DNA of 64,000 nt from Amphiscolops sp. MND2022 (taxonomy: Eukaryota): positions 44,642,001-44,706,000 of the forward strand of contig OZ076409.1 in NCBI GenBank assembly GCA_964187785.1. Direction: 5' to 3'. Of this stretch, positions 1 through 11,906 are shown piece after piece. The translations under genes and the position numbers were made by a program. Numbering within the stretch: position 1 is the first letter of the stretch; each line of letters starts with the position of its first letter. Below the pieces are notes generated by a model. That model was given only the letters and a program-made list of their open reading frames with translations, made no database searches and was not told the DNA's origin.

Positions 1-304
1 TCCAACTATTTCCTTATTTTGTTCAAGTTAGAATGAGTTTTATTTTATTCCTAATGTGTTATCAGAGGGAGCGATAGCGGTAGCGAAAATTCTGCATGAA
101 CTAGCGATATCGATAGTTAGCGAAAAGTTAAAGCGTTAGCGGACACTTTTATTTGCTTAAAGAATTGAAAATTGACAAATGCAATATTTTATTGAGATTA
201 ACTTGACTCACTCATCTTATTGGCTTTGGCTCGGCTTTTAGTTTCTTTCGAACGGTTATTCAGTGTAAAGAACGCAAGGCGAACCAGATTTTGCCCAATT
301 TTTT

Positions 305-525
305 TTCAAGTTTTGTTACTTTTAGAGTACAATTCTGAAATCTTATATCTATGTTGAAAATCAAAATTTTTTAATTAGCAATGGGGGGAAGGGTTTATTA
401 AAAGAATGCGTGCATTCAAATTTTGTTACTTTCAGAGTACAATTCTGAAATTATTATATCTATGTTGAAAATCAAAATTTTTTTATTAGCAATGGGGGGA
501 AGGGTTTATTAAAAGAATGCGTGCA
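305..525. repeat. Tandem duplication, ~110-bp unit x2
   Basis: ttcaa.ttttgttact...aaaagaatgcgtgca occurs at ~305-414 and ~415-525 with few differences. Confidence 0.9.
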
Positions 526-909
526 AATTGCCTAATTTTTACAGCAACAGGTAGAACAAAAAACTGTAATTCGTCATAAACTGAATAGGAAAGGGGCAAA
601 AAAGCATAAATTCAGCTATTGCACAACACATTCAAGTTTGTGTTAATGTCCTACCAAGGCATGTGGCTTTTTCTATGTTTTGTAGTCTCAGACAGTCTAA
701 GATAGAATGTGCATGTTCGACCGCTTTTATGTGAAAGTTCGACTGTTTTGTTCGACCGGTCAAATGTGAGTGTAAATGTTCGACCTTATGCGGATTGTGC
801 CGGCAGTTCGACCAAGTGCGGATTCTCACACATGTGTGTGTGTTTCGGTGTAAATGCTTAGGTGGACTTTGGACTTAAGGTAGTTTTGTGTTGTAGATTT
901 TGGTGTTGT

Positions 910-1890
910 ATGGGTTGTATCCCTACGTGTTGGACCGACCGGACTCTTTGCTGGAGACTAGTTGCTGTGCTGGTATGAGCCTGTCTCAGTGCAATGGGCA
1001 CTGGATGTACAGTTCAACAGCAATATCTTGATGTCACCCAGTATTTTAAACGAAAGTGGACTGTTCAGCAGGATGAAGTGTCTGTAGTTGAAGACATAAT
1101 TTCGATGTGGCTGTCATACCTTCATTGGGATCGTTGCGGTAAGTTGAAGCAAGTGCTGGACTTGGTTGTCGTCATTACTGTTACCGGTACGTACGAGACT
1201 AACTTCGGTGATGAAGCTCCTACTGCATTAGATGTAGATACCTTGTCATCTAGTCTACACTTAGTGAGGAGTTGGTTTACACACTCGTTTGTGGGACAAA
1301 CACGCAAGAACTTATGAGGACTGTTACGGCTTTCGGAGTCAACCGATATGCTCGTTTCGAGGTTGTCCGACGGAGTGCGCGGAAAGCCCTGGGATCAACT
1401 GCTCAAGATAGGGCTCGATCAAACTTTGGAGCGTTGTGTCAGCATTTTGACAAATGACCTTAGTTCCTCTGTTGTGCATATGGTTGACGATTACAGGTCC
1501 GCAGTGTTGGCGCAGCTAAATGTTATGGAAGTCATCGCAACTAGTCCTGTCCGTATTTCAAGTAGTCCGAGAGTGAAGGGTTCAGCTGGTCTTTCCAAGA
1601 GAAAAGGAGCGCGCGTACAAGCTGCTCTGCAGATAACTACTGGAACGAGTGAAGTCGGCACCAGCGGGAAAACGGTTAAGAAAAGTGTGCGTCGTTCTGG
1701 CGCGAAAGGAAGAGGTCACACTTCTAGTACTCGCGGGCAGCGTGGAAGAAGGACAGGAGGGAAGCCGTGTAGTTCTAAGACTTTAGTCTTATCTAGTTGT
1801 GCTAGTAGCCCAACAACTCTTGGACAGAAGAAATCGACTACTAAAAGGAGGGCAAAATGGACGATTGCCGAATCATCAGATGAGTACTAG
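910..1890 (+). pseudogene. Antisense accessory ORF of Gypsy-A (~326 codons, two in-frame TGA), unknown product
   Basis: ATG 910, ORF 994-1317 and ORF 1348-1890 share one frame, broken only by TGA at 976 and 1315. C-terminus is K/R/S-rich and ends ESSDEY. Confidence 0.6.
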
Positions 1891-3486
1891 CGCTCATTGT
1901 TTTGTTCTTGACGACTTGTAAACTTTTCATTGCTATGGATTTGTTTTTTGTTTCTCATTTCGTTGATTCTTGGTTCATGCTGCATATACCCGTTGTATTG
2001 TTTGCTGTAGTATTCAGTTATTGTTGGTACATTACCTTTCTTGTTTTGTTTTGCTTTTGGCATTGTTTCTGAGTTGGAATTTACATGTTGCCTACGTTAT
2101 ACAAATTTTTTACATGTGGATTTTTTAGCTGGTTTCATTTTGTCAGGAAGCTGAGTAGAGTTGTTTTTTGTTCCAGTGAGATTGCATGGTGGTTACTCAC
2201 GTAGCCACCAATTAAGACAGAGTTTCATTCACGGAAAGTGGTATTGACGTTTACCCACAGGTCTCGGAAAGTGGTATTGACGCCCTGTGGTTACACCAAG
2301 GTGAATGAACGGAGCTGCACCGCTCCTTCCCAATGGTCGAACTAATGTCTTGCATGCTATATATACTCTAAGTGCGTGTGTTTTAACGGGTGTTTAATAA
2401 CGTAGGTGTCGTTCTAAGGTGTCAATCATTTTGCATTTTACATGTATTACTACAGTTGTAAAATTGAGCGTTAGTTCTGACGTCGTCATCGCTGATGTGT
2501 GTCATGAGACGTCATCACTCGTAACGTGTGTCAAATGTTAACGTCGATTTAATGGAAAATGGGTTTCCCCATGTCCGTTAAATTTTTTGGCAAGGGGTGG
2601 TGTGATCCATCCCTTGTTTTCCGAATTCCGGTCATGTGGTGATAGTGACCACATGTATATTGTACCGTTGTTCTTTTTGACACGTGGCGAAGCCTACGAA
2701 TCACCAGTAAGAGCAACAGCGTCACGACTTAAAGTCAAATGAGGGTGACGACTGCATGCTACTGTCCAGGGAAATTGTTTTTGTTTTCGTTGATAGGGAA
2801 GGTTTTTGCCGTCGCAAAAACCCTTACAAAACTAACACCGAATCCACTTGCTAAAGAGCAAGCTTCATCTGAATGTTTGCACAACCACACAGACGCGCTT
2901 TTGACGACGCACCCACACAGCCGAACCACATCATGGTTTGTCAGGGCGGAAGTGTGAGTCTAGGTTCTGGCAACGTAACTTAAATGAGTCAGCGTCTTCT
3001 TGTACATACTCAACTGTGGACTGTGACGCGTTTAAAAACAGTTTAGTTTAGTCGATTCAGGGTTGGTGGGCGCAGAATTGCAAAGCAATTCCTTTGAATT
3101 TGTGTGGTTGATTTTTTTTGTGAATTGCATAAATTAGTAGCTCGTTTGCATGTGTTTTACATGTACTTAACACTTTCCGGTTAGAATGATGTGGTGTATA
3201 TGACTACATTACATGTGTTTACTTTCGCGCTCAGCTGTCTCAGTAGAGAGTAACACTTTACTCTGCCGGTTAGCTAATTGTTGAGGACAGTGAGTATCAG
3301 TCGTCAATGAATGGTGGAAAGTAATTAGGAGAATTCAATAGTATGATAGTTGCATGTGGTGAATTAGACTACATTGGTTTGATTGCATGTATTTATTTTT
3401 TCTATTGGTTTGCAGATTTGCGTTGCATGAATTTTAAGAGTGCGGGCTTCGCTTGCAGTTCATGAACAAGAAAGTTATCAAACGTT

Positions 3487-6400
3487 TTAGGCACGGGTGC
3501 CTCGCGAAGGTTGTATCAAGTAATTGGTATTTCGTGTAATTGGCTGGGATGTTTCGGCAGATGATGTGGTCGATGCCGCATCATTATTTGGCTGGGTACG
3601 TTGTTCAGGCTCGTGATCAGGAGACGGTATGTCTATTTCATCAGATTGATTTTCAGCTTCAGATTGGTGCGTACGGTCAGTGTGAATGGTCTCAGGTAGA
3701 GGGTTATGCAGAGGTGGTACATCGTGAACACTTTTATGCTCGTAATAGATTGTTCCATGCTCGGAGTCGATTGTGTGAGTTTCGTTTGTGTCTAGTTCCA
3801 CTGTGTTTTCAGCCGACGGTGGCGTTTCGAGTGCAGGCAGATTATCGTTGAATATTGACTGATCGTCAACCGCGTCGGAGTCACTATAGTGACGGGATGC
3901 ATCGTCGTGTAAATCCTCAATCGGATCATGTGGTACGAATGGGCGAAGCCGCATTCTATATACACACTGTGTTCTGAATGTACCGACTTTTCTGACAGTA
4001 TAATTCGATTGTGTCAAGACTTTGACAACTTTGTAAGGCCCTTCCCATTTGAAGGAATTGAAAGGGATTTTTTCGGATTGCTCGCTAATTTTGGGGTTCA
4101 GTAAAAAGACAAAGTCGTTTACTTTTGAGGGTGACGCTTTCGCTTTCCTGTCATAGTACGCCTTGTACTTGTGGAAAGCACGGATTATGTTGGCATGGGT
4201 TTCTTTAAACTTGGTGTTCAGATTGTCCACTAACGACTGTGTATCGGTGGCATTTCTCGGTGGGCTGAGGGGGTTGCCAAATTTTAGGTCCAGTGCGTTG
4301 TACGGTACACGGCCGTGGAAGACCTCAGTCGGTGAACATTTCAGAGTTTGATGGTAAGTTGTGTTGTGTGCCATCACAGCGAGATTGATGTATCGGTCCC
4401 ATTGTGGGCGGTCTACGGAGACGTTTATTTTCAGGATCTGTTTCAGGCGTTGATGTGATCTCTCGATCATCCCAATAGTTTGGGCGTGTTTAATCGTTGC
4501 GTGAGAGACTTTGATTCCAGCTTTGTTCATCAGTTCAGTTATGACCTGTGACGTGAAGACAGAACCTTTGTCGGTGATAATGTGCTTCGGTACGTATGCG
4601 TGTTTTGTGAAAATGTCTAGCGGAGACTCGACGACGGACTTTGTGTCAGGTTTGCGGATCGGTATCGCAAACAGGTAACGCGAAAAATAATCACATGCCA
4701 TCAGAATGTGTGAGTACCCATTAGATCGCGGTAACTCACCTACAAGATCAATTTCGAGAACATCTTCAGGACCGTTGCAGGGGTCATAAATTGGTTCGAG
4801 TGGAGGTATCAGAGTGTTCGGTTTTGCAGGTTTCGCTTTAATACATTCTTGGCGGTTGTTAACAAATATTTGGATTTTTCCGGTTAGGTTTGGGATGTAG
4901 TACCTTTTCCTTAGTTCACCTAACATTTTGGAAGCGCCAGGGTGTCCCTGCATGGGGTCGCCATGCATCGTCCTGATTATGGCTTCCGTAGTTTCTGGAG
5001 GAACTACAATTTGTCGGTAAGCTAGGTTTCCTACGTTGTCAAAAAACTGCCTGTACAACACGTTGTTGACTACTTTAGGTCTTTTACGGTTTTTGAAAAG
5101 TTTCTGGATAAAGGTACTTGCAAAGTTAACTTGGTTTGGAGGGGTTTCTTGCGCTGTAAGGATCCTAATTACCCGTTGAACGTCACTGTTTTCGCCTTGA
5201 GCCTTAACAATTTCTGAATCCCCTGAAAGGCATACCTGATTTACCATGTGAACCTGGTTCCGTTGGTAGAATCGAGTGAAGAAGAGTGTTGGGTCAGAGG
5301 GCGTTACAAATGGTTGAAGCTGGGTTTTGATGTCATCGATGCGTCTACGGTACTGTTCGTCGTCTTCGTGACACCATTGAGGGAACATCGCCAGGAGTGA
5401 CTGCTTTGTCGGGTTTGATGATGTTGTTGCGTCAGGCACATCCACCTCTTCTGGGATGTATTCTTCCTCTTCGTCATCCTGCTTGGGTGTTTTTGAAGCC
5501 AGATCAATTTCGACTTTGAAGACTGGTATCTCATCATGTAGTTTGAGGTGGATCCTGTCCTTCGGGTGGATGTCGATTCTAGACAGGTAGTCAGCAGCTG
5601 GATTTTCGACACCAGGTACATGGGCCAGGACGAAGCCGAATTGGAGGGCTTGGTCGCAGTAGTTCCACAATTTTGGTGGTATTCGTTTAGACTGGAAGAA
5701 TCTGGTGAGTGCCTTGTTATCAGTCATAACAATCGTTGGTTTCTTCACTCCCCACAGGATGTGGGCGAACTCGTCGAATGCGAAGTGCATGGCTAGGAAC
5801 TCCTTCGCGTACATTGTAAGTGACATCTGGCCCTCGGTGAACCTTTGAGATCCAAAGGCTACAGGCGCATAAGACTTCGTCGGTCCATCATTGGTTTCGG
5901 TGTAGTCTTCTATCAGGAGAACGTAGCCGGCTGCGTGTTCGCTAGCATCACACATTATCACCAGCTGTTTGTCAGGAAGTGGTAATCGCCTTGACATCTT
6001 GGCAGCGTTTGCTAAAATCTCATTGATGTCAAAGATCGCATCCTTGTGTATCTGGGTGAGTTCGTACTTGACATCCTTCTGCAACAACTTGTATAGAGGA
6101 ACCAGTTTCTCAGCTAGTCTCGGGATGTACTGGCGATAGAACTGTACGAATCCAATATACCGTTGTAGTGACTTCACGGATGTTGGCAGTTTGATGTTCT
6201 TCAGGAATTTGACGAGTTTGTCTTCGATTGGAGCGATGCCTTTGGTAGTGATGCTTCTGCCAAGGAATTCGATTACGGGATGGCCAAAGGCACACTTCGC
6301 CATTGACAGTTTCAGAGCGGCCTGTCTGATTTTGGTGAATACTGCTTCAATGTTGTTGACCAGCTCTTCGGCAGTGTTGGCGGCAATGCCGATATCGTCA

Positions 6401-8349
6401 ACGTATTGGGCGCATTTGTCTGCCTTGACCAAGGGGTCCAAGTACTCACGAACTGTACTGTTAAAGGCTGACAGGGACCGGTTTAGACCCTGAGCTAGTC
6501 TGAGGAAGGCGAAGGTCCTACTTCCGAAGTTGAACGCGAGCAACTGGACTGACTGTTCGTCCGCCATCTGGAGGCAATGGTATGCTTGCGAACAGTCCAA
6601 CTTGCAAAAAAAACGTTTGCCAGCCATGAGTTGAGCTGCATCGGCCATCGTTGTCACAGGGTGGTTGTGCTGGTTGTAATCATTCTTCAGTAGATGATTA
6701 ATTATTCTGAGATCGACAAGGGTTCTGAGTTTCCCATTTGGCTTGCGTTGTGCGAAGATGGGCGAAGAGTATTTGCTATACGGTAATGTAGTGATGATAA
6801 CGTAGTCTTGCATCAGTGCCAATTCTACCAATAAATCGTCCTTCAAATTTGTTGGTGTGGGCAAGCTTTGGGCGTAGACTGGTTCGTCGTGTTTGAGAGT
6901 CAACTTGATTTTGAATTCAGTGTTGATCCCAATGTCCAGTCTGTGTCTCGCGAAGATGTCGTGGTACTTGACCAATAATGCCTCAATCTCTTGCTTCTCA
7001 TGAGGGTTCAGTATTTATTGTTCCCATTTGAAGTTCGCCAGGGATTCTTGTCGTTGTTCTTCACTCGAAGTTGGGTCCAGTTTTTCGTCCGTCCTGAGTT
7101 TGAGGATCTCGTCGTAGATTCGTCTTTCAATTTTGTTTAGCTTCGACGGGTCGTCGCATGTCTCAGGGGTAGGGTACCATCGCCTATCAGTTTTCTCGTT
7201 TGGGTCCTGAAAGATATGGTTCAAAACTGCAGTAGTTTCGTCTGGGTATTGTGTGATCAGGTTGAGTTGGTGGTTTGTCACCGTTTGCAAGTTGTTCGCT
7301 TGTTTTGGGGTCATAATCTTGAATGACGCCACTGCTGTCCCCACATTGATCGTGATCTGGTAATCTAGTGGGTTGGTGATCTGCACGTGGGTGCGGCCCT
7401 CCCGGGTCTCGCTGAGGGCCGGAGATACCAGGAGGTGAGTACGTCGTTCGAAGGCGGGCAGTCCTTCAACGGTGCCAGTGATGTCCCCCAGACCACGTTC
7501 AATCACCACTGGGACGAACATTTGTTGGTTGGGCTGGATCACCATTTTCTGAGTTGTTTTCAGCTCGAGTAGCTTGTTTTTGAATTTCCCGTTGACTGAG
7601 CGTAGTTGGAGGGTGATGTCGGGAAATTTCACTATGTTGTTTGCTAAGTCGAGGGTGACTGAGTACTTCTTGAAGAAAGACATTTCGATGAGAACATTTC
7701 CCATCGTTGGGAGAACCATGAATGTTTCTTCGAAGACTTTGCCGCCAATGAATAAACGCAGTAATACCTGCTTTCTGACGGGGACGATGCTCCCATTGGC
7801 GATCTGGACTTTGAACTCTGGTTCGGGGAGTTCTTGGAGAAGGGCGGCTGGGTGTGCTGAGAGAATCCGCCTGAGTTCTACTTCTGACAGTGCGCTCCGG
7901 ATCGCGCCAGTGTCGAGGAGACCAAAATTTTCGTAAGCACGGAATTGGAGGGGTACATACAGCATTTTATCTTTTCGGTTGAGTTGCAATGTGGCACTAC
8001 TCAACTGTCGGATTTCGTATTGTGGTCTCTTCCTTGGGTTGTGAGTTTTGGAGGACGTAGTTTGTTTGTCATCATTTGGCCGTTTAGGTGGCGTGTCGTC
8101 TTGCCGCATTGGTTGTATGTTGTTGGCTTCGGTACTTCGGTTCATCTCTTTTGGTTTGATTGTGTAGTTGTCAGTGGAATGTCTTGTGATGACAAAGTTT
8201 GTAGTCTCTTTAGTATAGGTTGAAGGACGGGACTGCCACCCAGTGTAGTTCCCAGTATGTAGTCGAGTCTGAGGAGTAGTTTGTTTTTGTTGGTTCAGTA
8301 GCGCACTTTTGTAGGTTCGAGGAGGATGACGTGGCTTTAGAAGTTTTTT
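3487..8349 (-). pseudogene. pol: Gypsy-A pol (protease, RT, RNase H, integrase) with one premature stop
   Basis: Motifs LLDTGA, QYVDD, CDAS and ADYLSR, integrase H..GHPG with IDL/TDKG/IERSH, and WEGPY. ORFs 7015-8145 and 3487-6975 are in frame across a TAA at 7015-7017. The frame is open from 8343. A YNLR tail lies in a shifted frame near 3515. Confidence 0.93.
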
Positions 8350-9703
8350 GGGTCTTCTACGTCATCGTGTCGTTCAATCTCATCTATGTCGTTAATCATT
8401 TCCTCGCCAGTGTGGGACAGCTCATTGGTGGTGCATACTCTGTAGTTGTTTTGGGTTGATTGTCTGGGTTCTGGGTAGCTGGATTTGGTTGCTGGGATTT
8501 TTGGTTGGCGGTTTTGGCTTGTGCTTCTTCTCGCAGCCGTTTTCTGCATTCCGCCCACTTGTGTCCGTGTATGCCGCAATGACGGCATTGCCCGTCGAAC
8601 TTTCTCTTCGTCTCTCGGGTTTGTTGAGGTTGGGCGGTTGATGTCGGAGGTGTGGCTGCATTGGGTTGTGGTGCGCTTATCTGATTGAATGGTTGCGCAC
8701 TGGTTGTGTTTGGGATGAGCTGGGCATATTGACATCTGCGTTGCACAAATGTCCGGATCTCATCCATCGATGCGTCGTGTTTGCCTGCCATGGCCAGCTC
8801 GTTTTGCATTTGGACGGGGAGTTTGGCGAATAGAAATGTTTCTGTTAAGTCACTGGACTTGTCTCCAAATGCTTGTTTCGCCACCTTTTTGAACTTGTTG
8901 AGGAAGTCATTAAAGGTCTCGGCTGAAGGGTCGTAGCGCATCTGGTCAAACTTGTTTTTGGCCACTTCTTTCAAGTCTTCTTTTGCGTATTCCTTCTTGA
9001 AGTAACGCAAGACTTGGGCCAGTGTTGTCTGGTTTGTCATCTTCAGTGATTGCCAAAATTCAATGGCGTCGTCACGCAGCAGACTTTGGAAGTATGTCAG
9101 TTTCTGTTCTTCTGACAGTTTGTGCGGGTGTGGTAGAAGATGATTGAGCAGTAGATGCTCAAACTCATTATCTTTTTCCCGATTTCCTCTGAATAATGGG
9201 AGTTGGGTTTGAAGGATTTTCGGATGTTGTACTGTGTCCGTCATAGTGTCCCTCAGGTGGTGAATTTCAGTGACAATATCATCGAACTGGTGGGCGGGTG
9301 GTGGAGGGTATTGTGAAGTAGATTGTCGTGGTGGGTTCGGCAGAGGGTTAGTTGCTGAAACTCCTGTCACCATGTCGGAACGTGCACAGGTCTTGTCTGA
9401 CGCTGTGCTCTGATTGTTCCCTTCTCCACTATTGGAGGATAACTTTTCGGTTGATGCCAAAACTAATCCAGTAAGATCGCTAATCTGTTTATTCATTTCT
9501 GAGAAGCGTTGATCGATCGATCTTTGCTCTGAGTTGTTATTAGTACGAATAAGATTTCCATAGTCTAACTCATCGATTTGGTCTCTAGAGAGGACCTCAG
9601 GGACACTACATTCACTTTCTGTATCGCTACTTCTGTCATGTTTATCCATCCCGCTCATAAACACTGGGATAGAACTTCTTCCTTGGGAACGAGTATTGAC
9701 CAT
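8337..9703 (-). CDS. gag: Gypsy-A gag, with one probable frameshift near the 3' end
   Basis: Starts MVNTRSQ, has a capsid-like region and the zinc knuckle CRHCGIHGHKWAEC (CX2CX4HX4C). The acidic end DDVEDPKNF* is in the frame of ORF 8337-8735. Confidence 0.88.
8343..8349 (-). promoter_or_regulatory. -1 ribosomal frameshift slippery site A AAA AAC (gag-pol)
   Basis: - strand reads CCA AAA AAC TTC TAA at the gag end. The -1 frame is stop-free into the protease ORF at 8145. Confidence 0.75.
9361..9372 (-). promoter_or_regulatory. Primer binding site TGGTGACAGGAG, tRNA-Leu-like, inside the gag ORF
   Basis: Directly follows ...CCGACA. One mismatch to the complement of the metazoan tRNA-Leu(CAG) 3' end (TGGTGTCAGGAG, recalled from memory). 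Confidence 0.7.
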
Positions 9704-10340
9704 TGTAAAGAACAAACGGAGTTTTTAATGTTTTATTGAGTGTTGGTAGTAGTAGGTTGGAAACGTTGAATTTTGCAATATCAAGAACTAATGTGGTAAG
9801 CAACTGTACGTTATAACTACACAAAATCTACTGATGGTACTATATTTGCTGGTGTCAATTATGGCGACGTTGGTCACGTGACCACATCAATCAATCATAT
9901 CTCATTGCTCGTTCACACCTTGGTTGGTAATTGCGCAATTTTTGGCGTAGCACCGAAACAGAACGCAATTGCGTTGAATTGCGTTGCTATAGTTACATGA
10001 CTCAATATTTGGTATTAAATGTGGTTACACTAATAGCATCATATGAGCGACTGACTAATCTATATATTGAATACGGGACTAATAGTGTTGAAATGAATTC
10101 TAATGATGATATGTCATCCACATTACTTTACTACCAACTAAAAATGATGCGAATTTAGTTTACAGAATAAATGTATCAAATATACGAAAATGGGTGAATG
10201 AGGCAAGGTTATTTAGGGATTGCATTTGGCAAATTCGAGTTCGAGTTTTGTGATGTGGTTTGGTTCACCACATTGTCAATTTCCATTTGCTGTTTGCTGG
10301 TTTCTTCTTCATCTTTTAATATGTAGGGTGATTTCCTACA
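9373..10340 (-). repeat. 5' LTR of Gypsy-A containing the first ~110 gag codons
   Basis: - strand TGTAGG (10340) to CCGACA (9373). AATAAA at ~9732-9737, ATG at 9703. The outer end is inferred because no partner LTR is available. Confidence 0.65.
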
Positions 10341-10739
10341 TTGTTGTATGTCTTTTTCATGCGTCAGGCATGACAGCCTCTCTTGTTTTTATGAATTCAA
10401 TTACAGTGTTTATAGCATTTACGCATGATTTTTTCTCTGCACACATATTGAATAAGATTGGAACGTTTTTTTTTCGCAAAACAACGGTCTTTAATATAAC
10501 AGATCTGTGCTTGCAAAGACTTTCATATGTCACTTTTTTGTCAAAGTGCATCGCCCTTTTCGCGGAGTTACCTTTTCTAGTGGCTACTTAAAAACTTGAA
10601 CTCTTAAAAAACTCAGGAAAGACTCATAAAAATTCAAAGATCTTGATGTTTCATTGATATGTGCTGTAATCTAAAATCAACACTTTTATATTATTTCTCT
10701 CTCAAAATACAGTGATGTGAAGAAAGAATGCGACTTAGA

Positions 10740-11239
10740 ATGCAAAGAATTTTCTAATCTGATCCAAAATTGGAAATACATGTATTAAGATAGGAATATC
10801 AGACTTACACTTGGTGAACCTCCCACCAATATACATTTCCCAAATTTATCCAAAATTCAATTTCATCTTCGTTTTCGAGAGATTTGAGTGTATCTGCAAT
10901 GCAAAATTCATCAAAAAATATTTATTGGATCACTGATATTTCTCGAAAATTACCAATTTTAAATATTTTACTCCCAAAATCACATGTTTCGAAACATGTG
11001 ATTTTGGGAGTAAAATATTTAAAATAGGTAATTTTCGAGAAAATATCAGTGATCCAAAAAATTTTTGATAAATTTTGCCCTGCAGATACACTCAAATCTC
11101 TCGAAAACGAAGATGAAATTTGATTTTTGGTAAATTTGGGAAATGTATATTGGTGGGAGGTTCACCAAGTGTAAGTTTGAAATTCCTATCTTAATACATG
11201 TATTTCCAATTTCAGATCAGATTAGAAAACTCTTTGCAT
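10740..11239. repeat. ~500-bp spacerless inverted repeat (foldback-like)
   Basis: Two ~250-bp arms centred on cacatgtttc|gaaacatgtg (10990/10991), with scattered mismatches. Confidence 0.95.
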
Positions 11240-11618
11240 CATTGTTAGATCTAACTTCGGAAACAATGATGGTTGAAATTTCAAACAAAAAGCATTGTAT
11301 TCATAGCAAAAATTCGAGAAACCTTTGTTTTTACAAAATTGAACCATTTCGAATTGTTTTGAAGATATGAGATTGCAAAATTAGCCTTTTTGAGCAGCCA
11401 AGTTGCACTCTTGTCACTTGATAGTGCCGCACTTGATAAAAAATCAACTCTAACTATAAAAACTAGAAGCTTTCCCCCTCTTATTTAAAAATGAAATGTT
11501 TTTCAAATAGCATTTTTTCTAACTCAAGTAACTTTACATTTTTATCACATGAAAATACACTTAATGTTTAAATATTTTCCAGTTTTTATTCAATTTTCGA
11601 AATGCGTTTGTGTTGCAG

Positions 11619-11906
11619 ACTTCAAAATGGTCAGTCAAGATGTTCAGGAGGAAAGAGTGACACTATGCATTCCAGAAACTAACATAGAAACCGTGACTGC
11701 CTTCTCTATCACTTACAAATCAAATGATCAGGATGCTAGCGACAACTTTCTTGACAAAACTCAAACAGGATCTACTGAAGAGCTCACTGCGAAATGCATT
11801 GAGTTATACGATTCGTTGAAACGGAGTTTCACAGCGACCGGGTCTTTCACTGGAACTATATCTGAGATATCTTATACAATGACCGCCGGTGGCACATTTT
11901 GCACAA
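11619..11906 (+). CDS. Host FN3-repeat gene, exon A (one whole divergent domain, phase 1-1)
   Basis: ttgcag|...|gtgagc, 288 bp, FKMVSQDVQEERVTLCI...AGGTFCT. Ends in the CT motif shared by the other domains. Confidence 0.75.

Larger units (their letters stand above)
640..10340 (-). mobile_element. Gypsy/Ty3 LTR retrotransposon (Gypsy-A), mildly decayed; 3' LTR not found in window
   Basis: gag, protease, RT, RNase H, integrase in that order on the - strand. PBS at 9361-9372 abuts an LTR end (CA). Left boundary is approximate. Confidence 0.92.

Noticed and set aside
67..145. Cluster of tagcg motifs
   Set aside because: Probably subterminal repeats of a MITE cut by the window edge; no termini to confirm.
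3540..8688. Many short + strand ORFs over Gypsy-A
   Set aside because: Antisense shadows of gag-pol with no independent motifs.
10357..10591. Short ORFs beside the Gypsy-A LTR
   Set aside because: No recognisable motif or convincing splice context.
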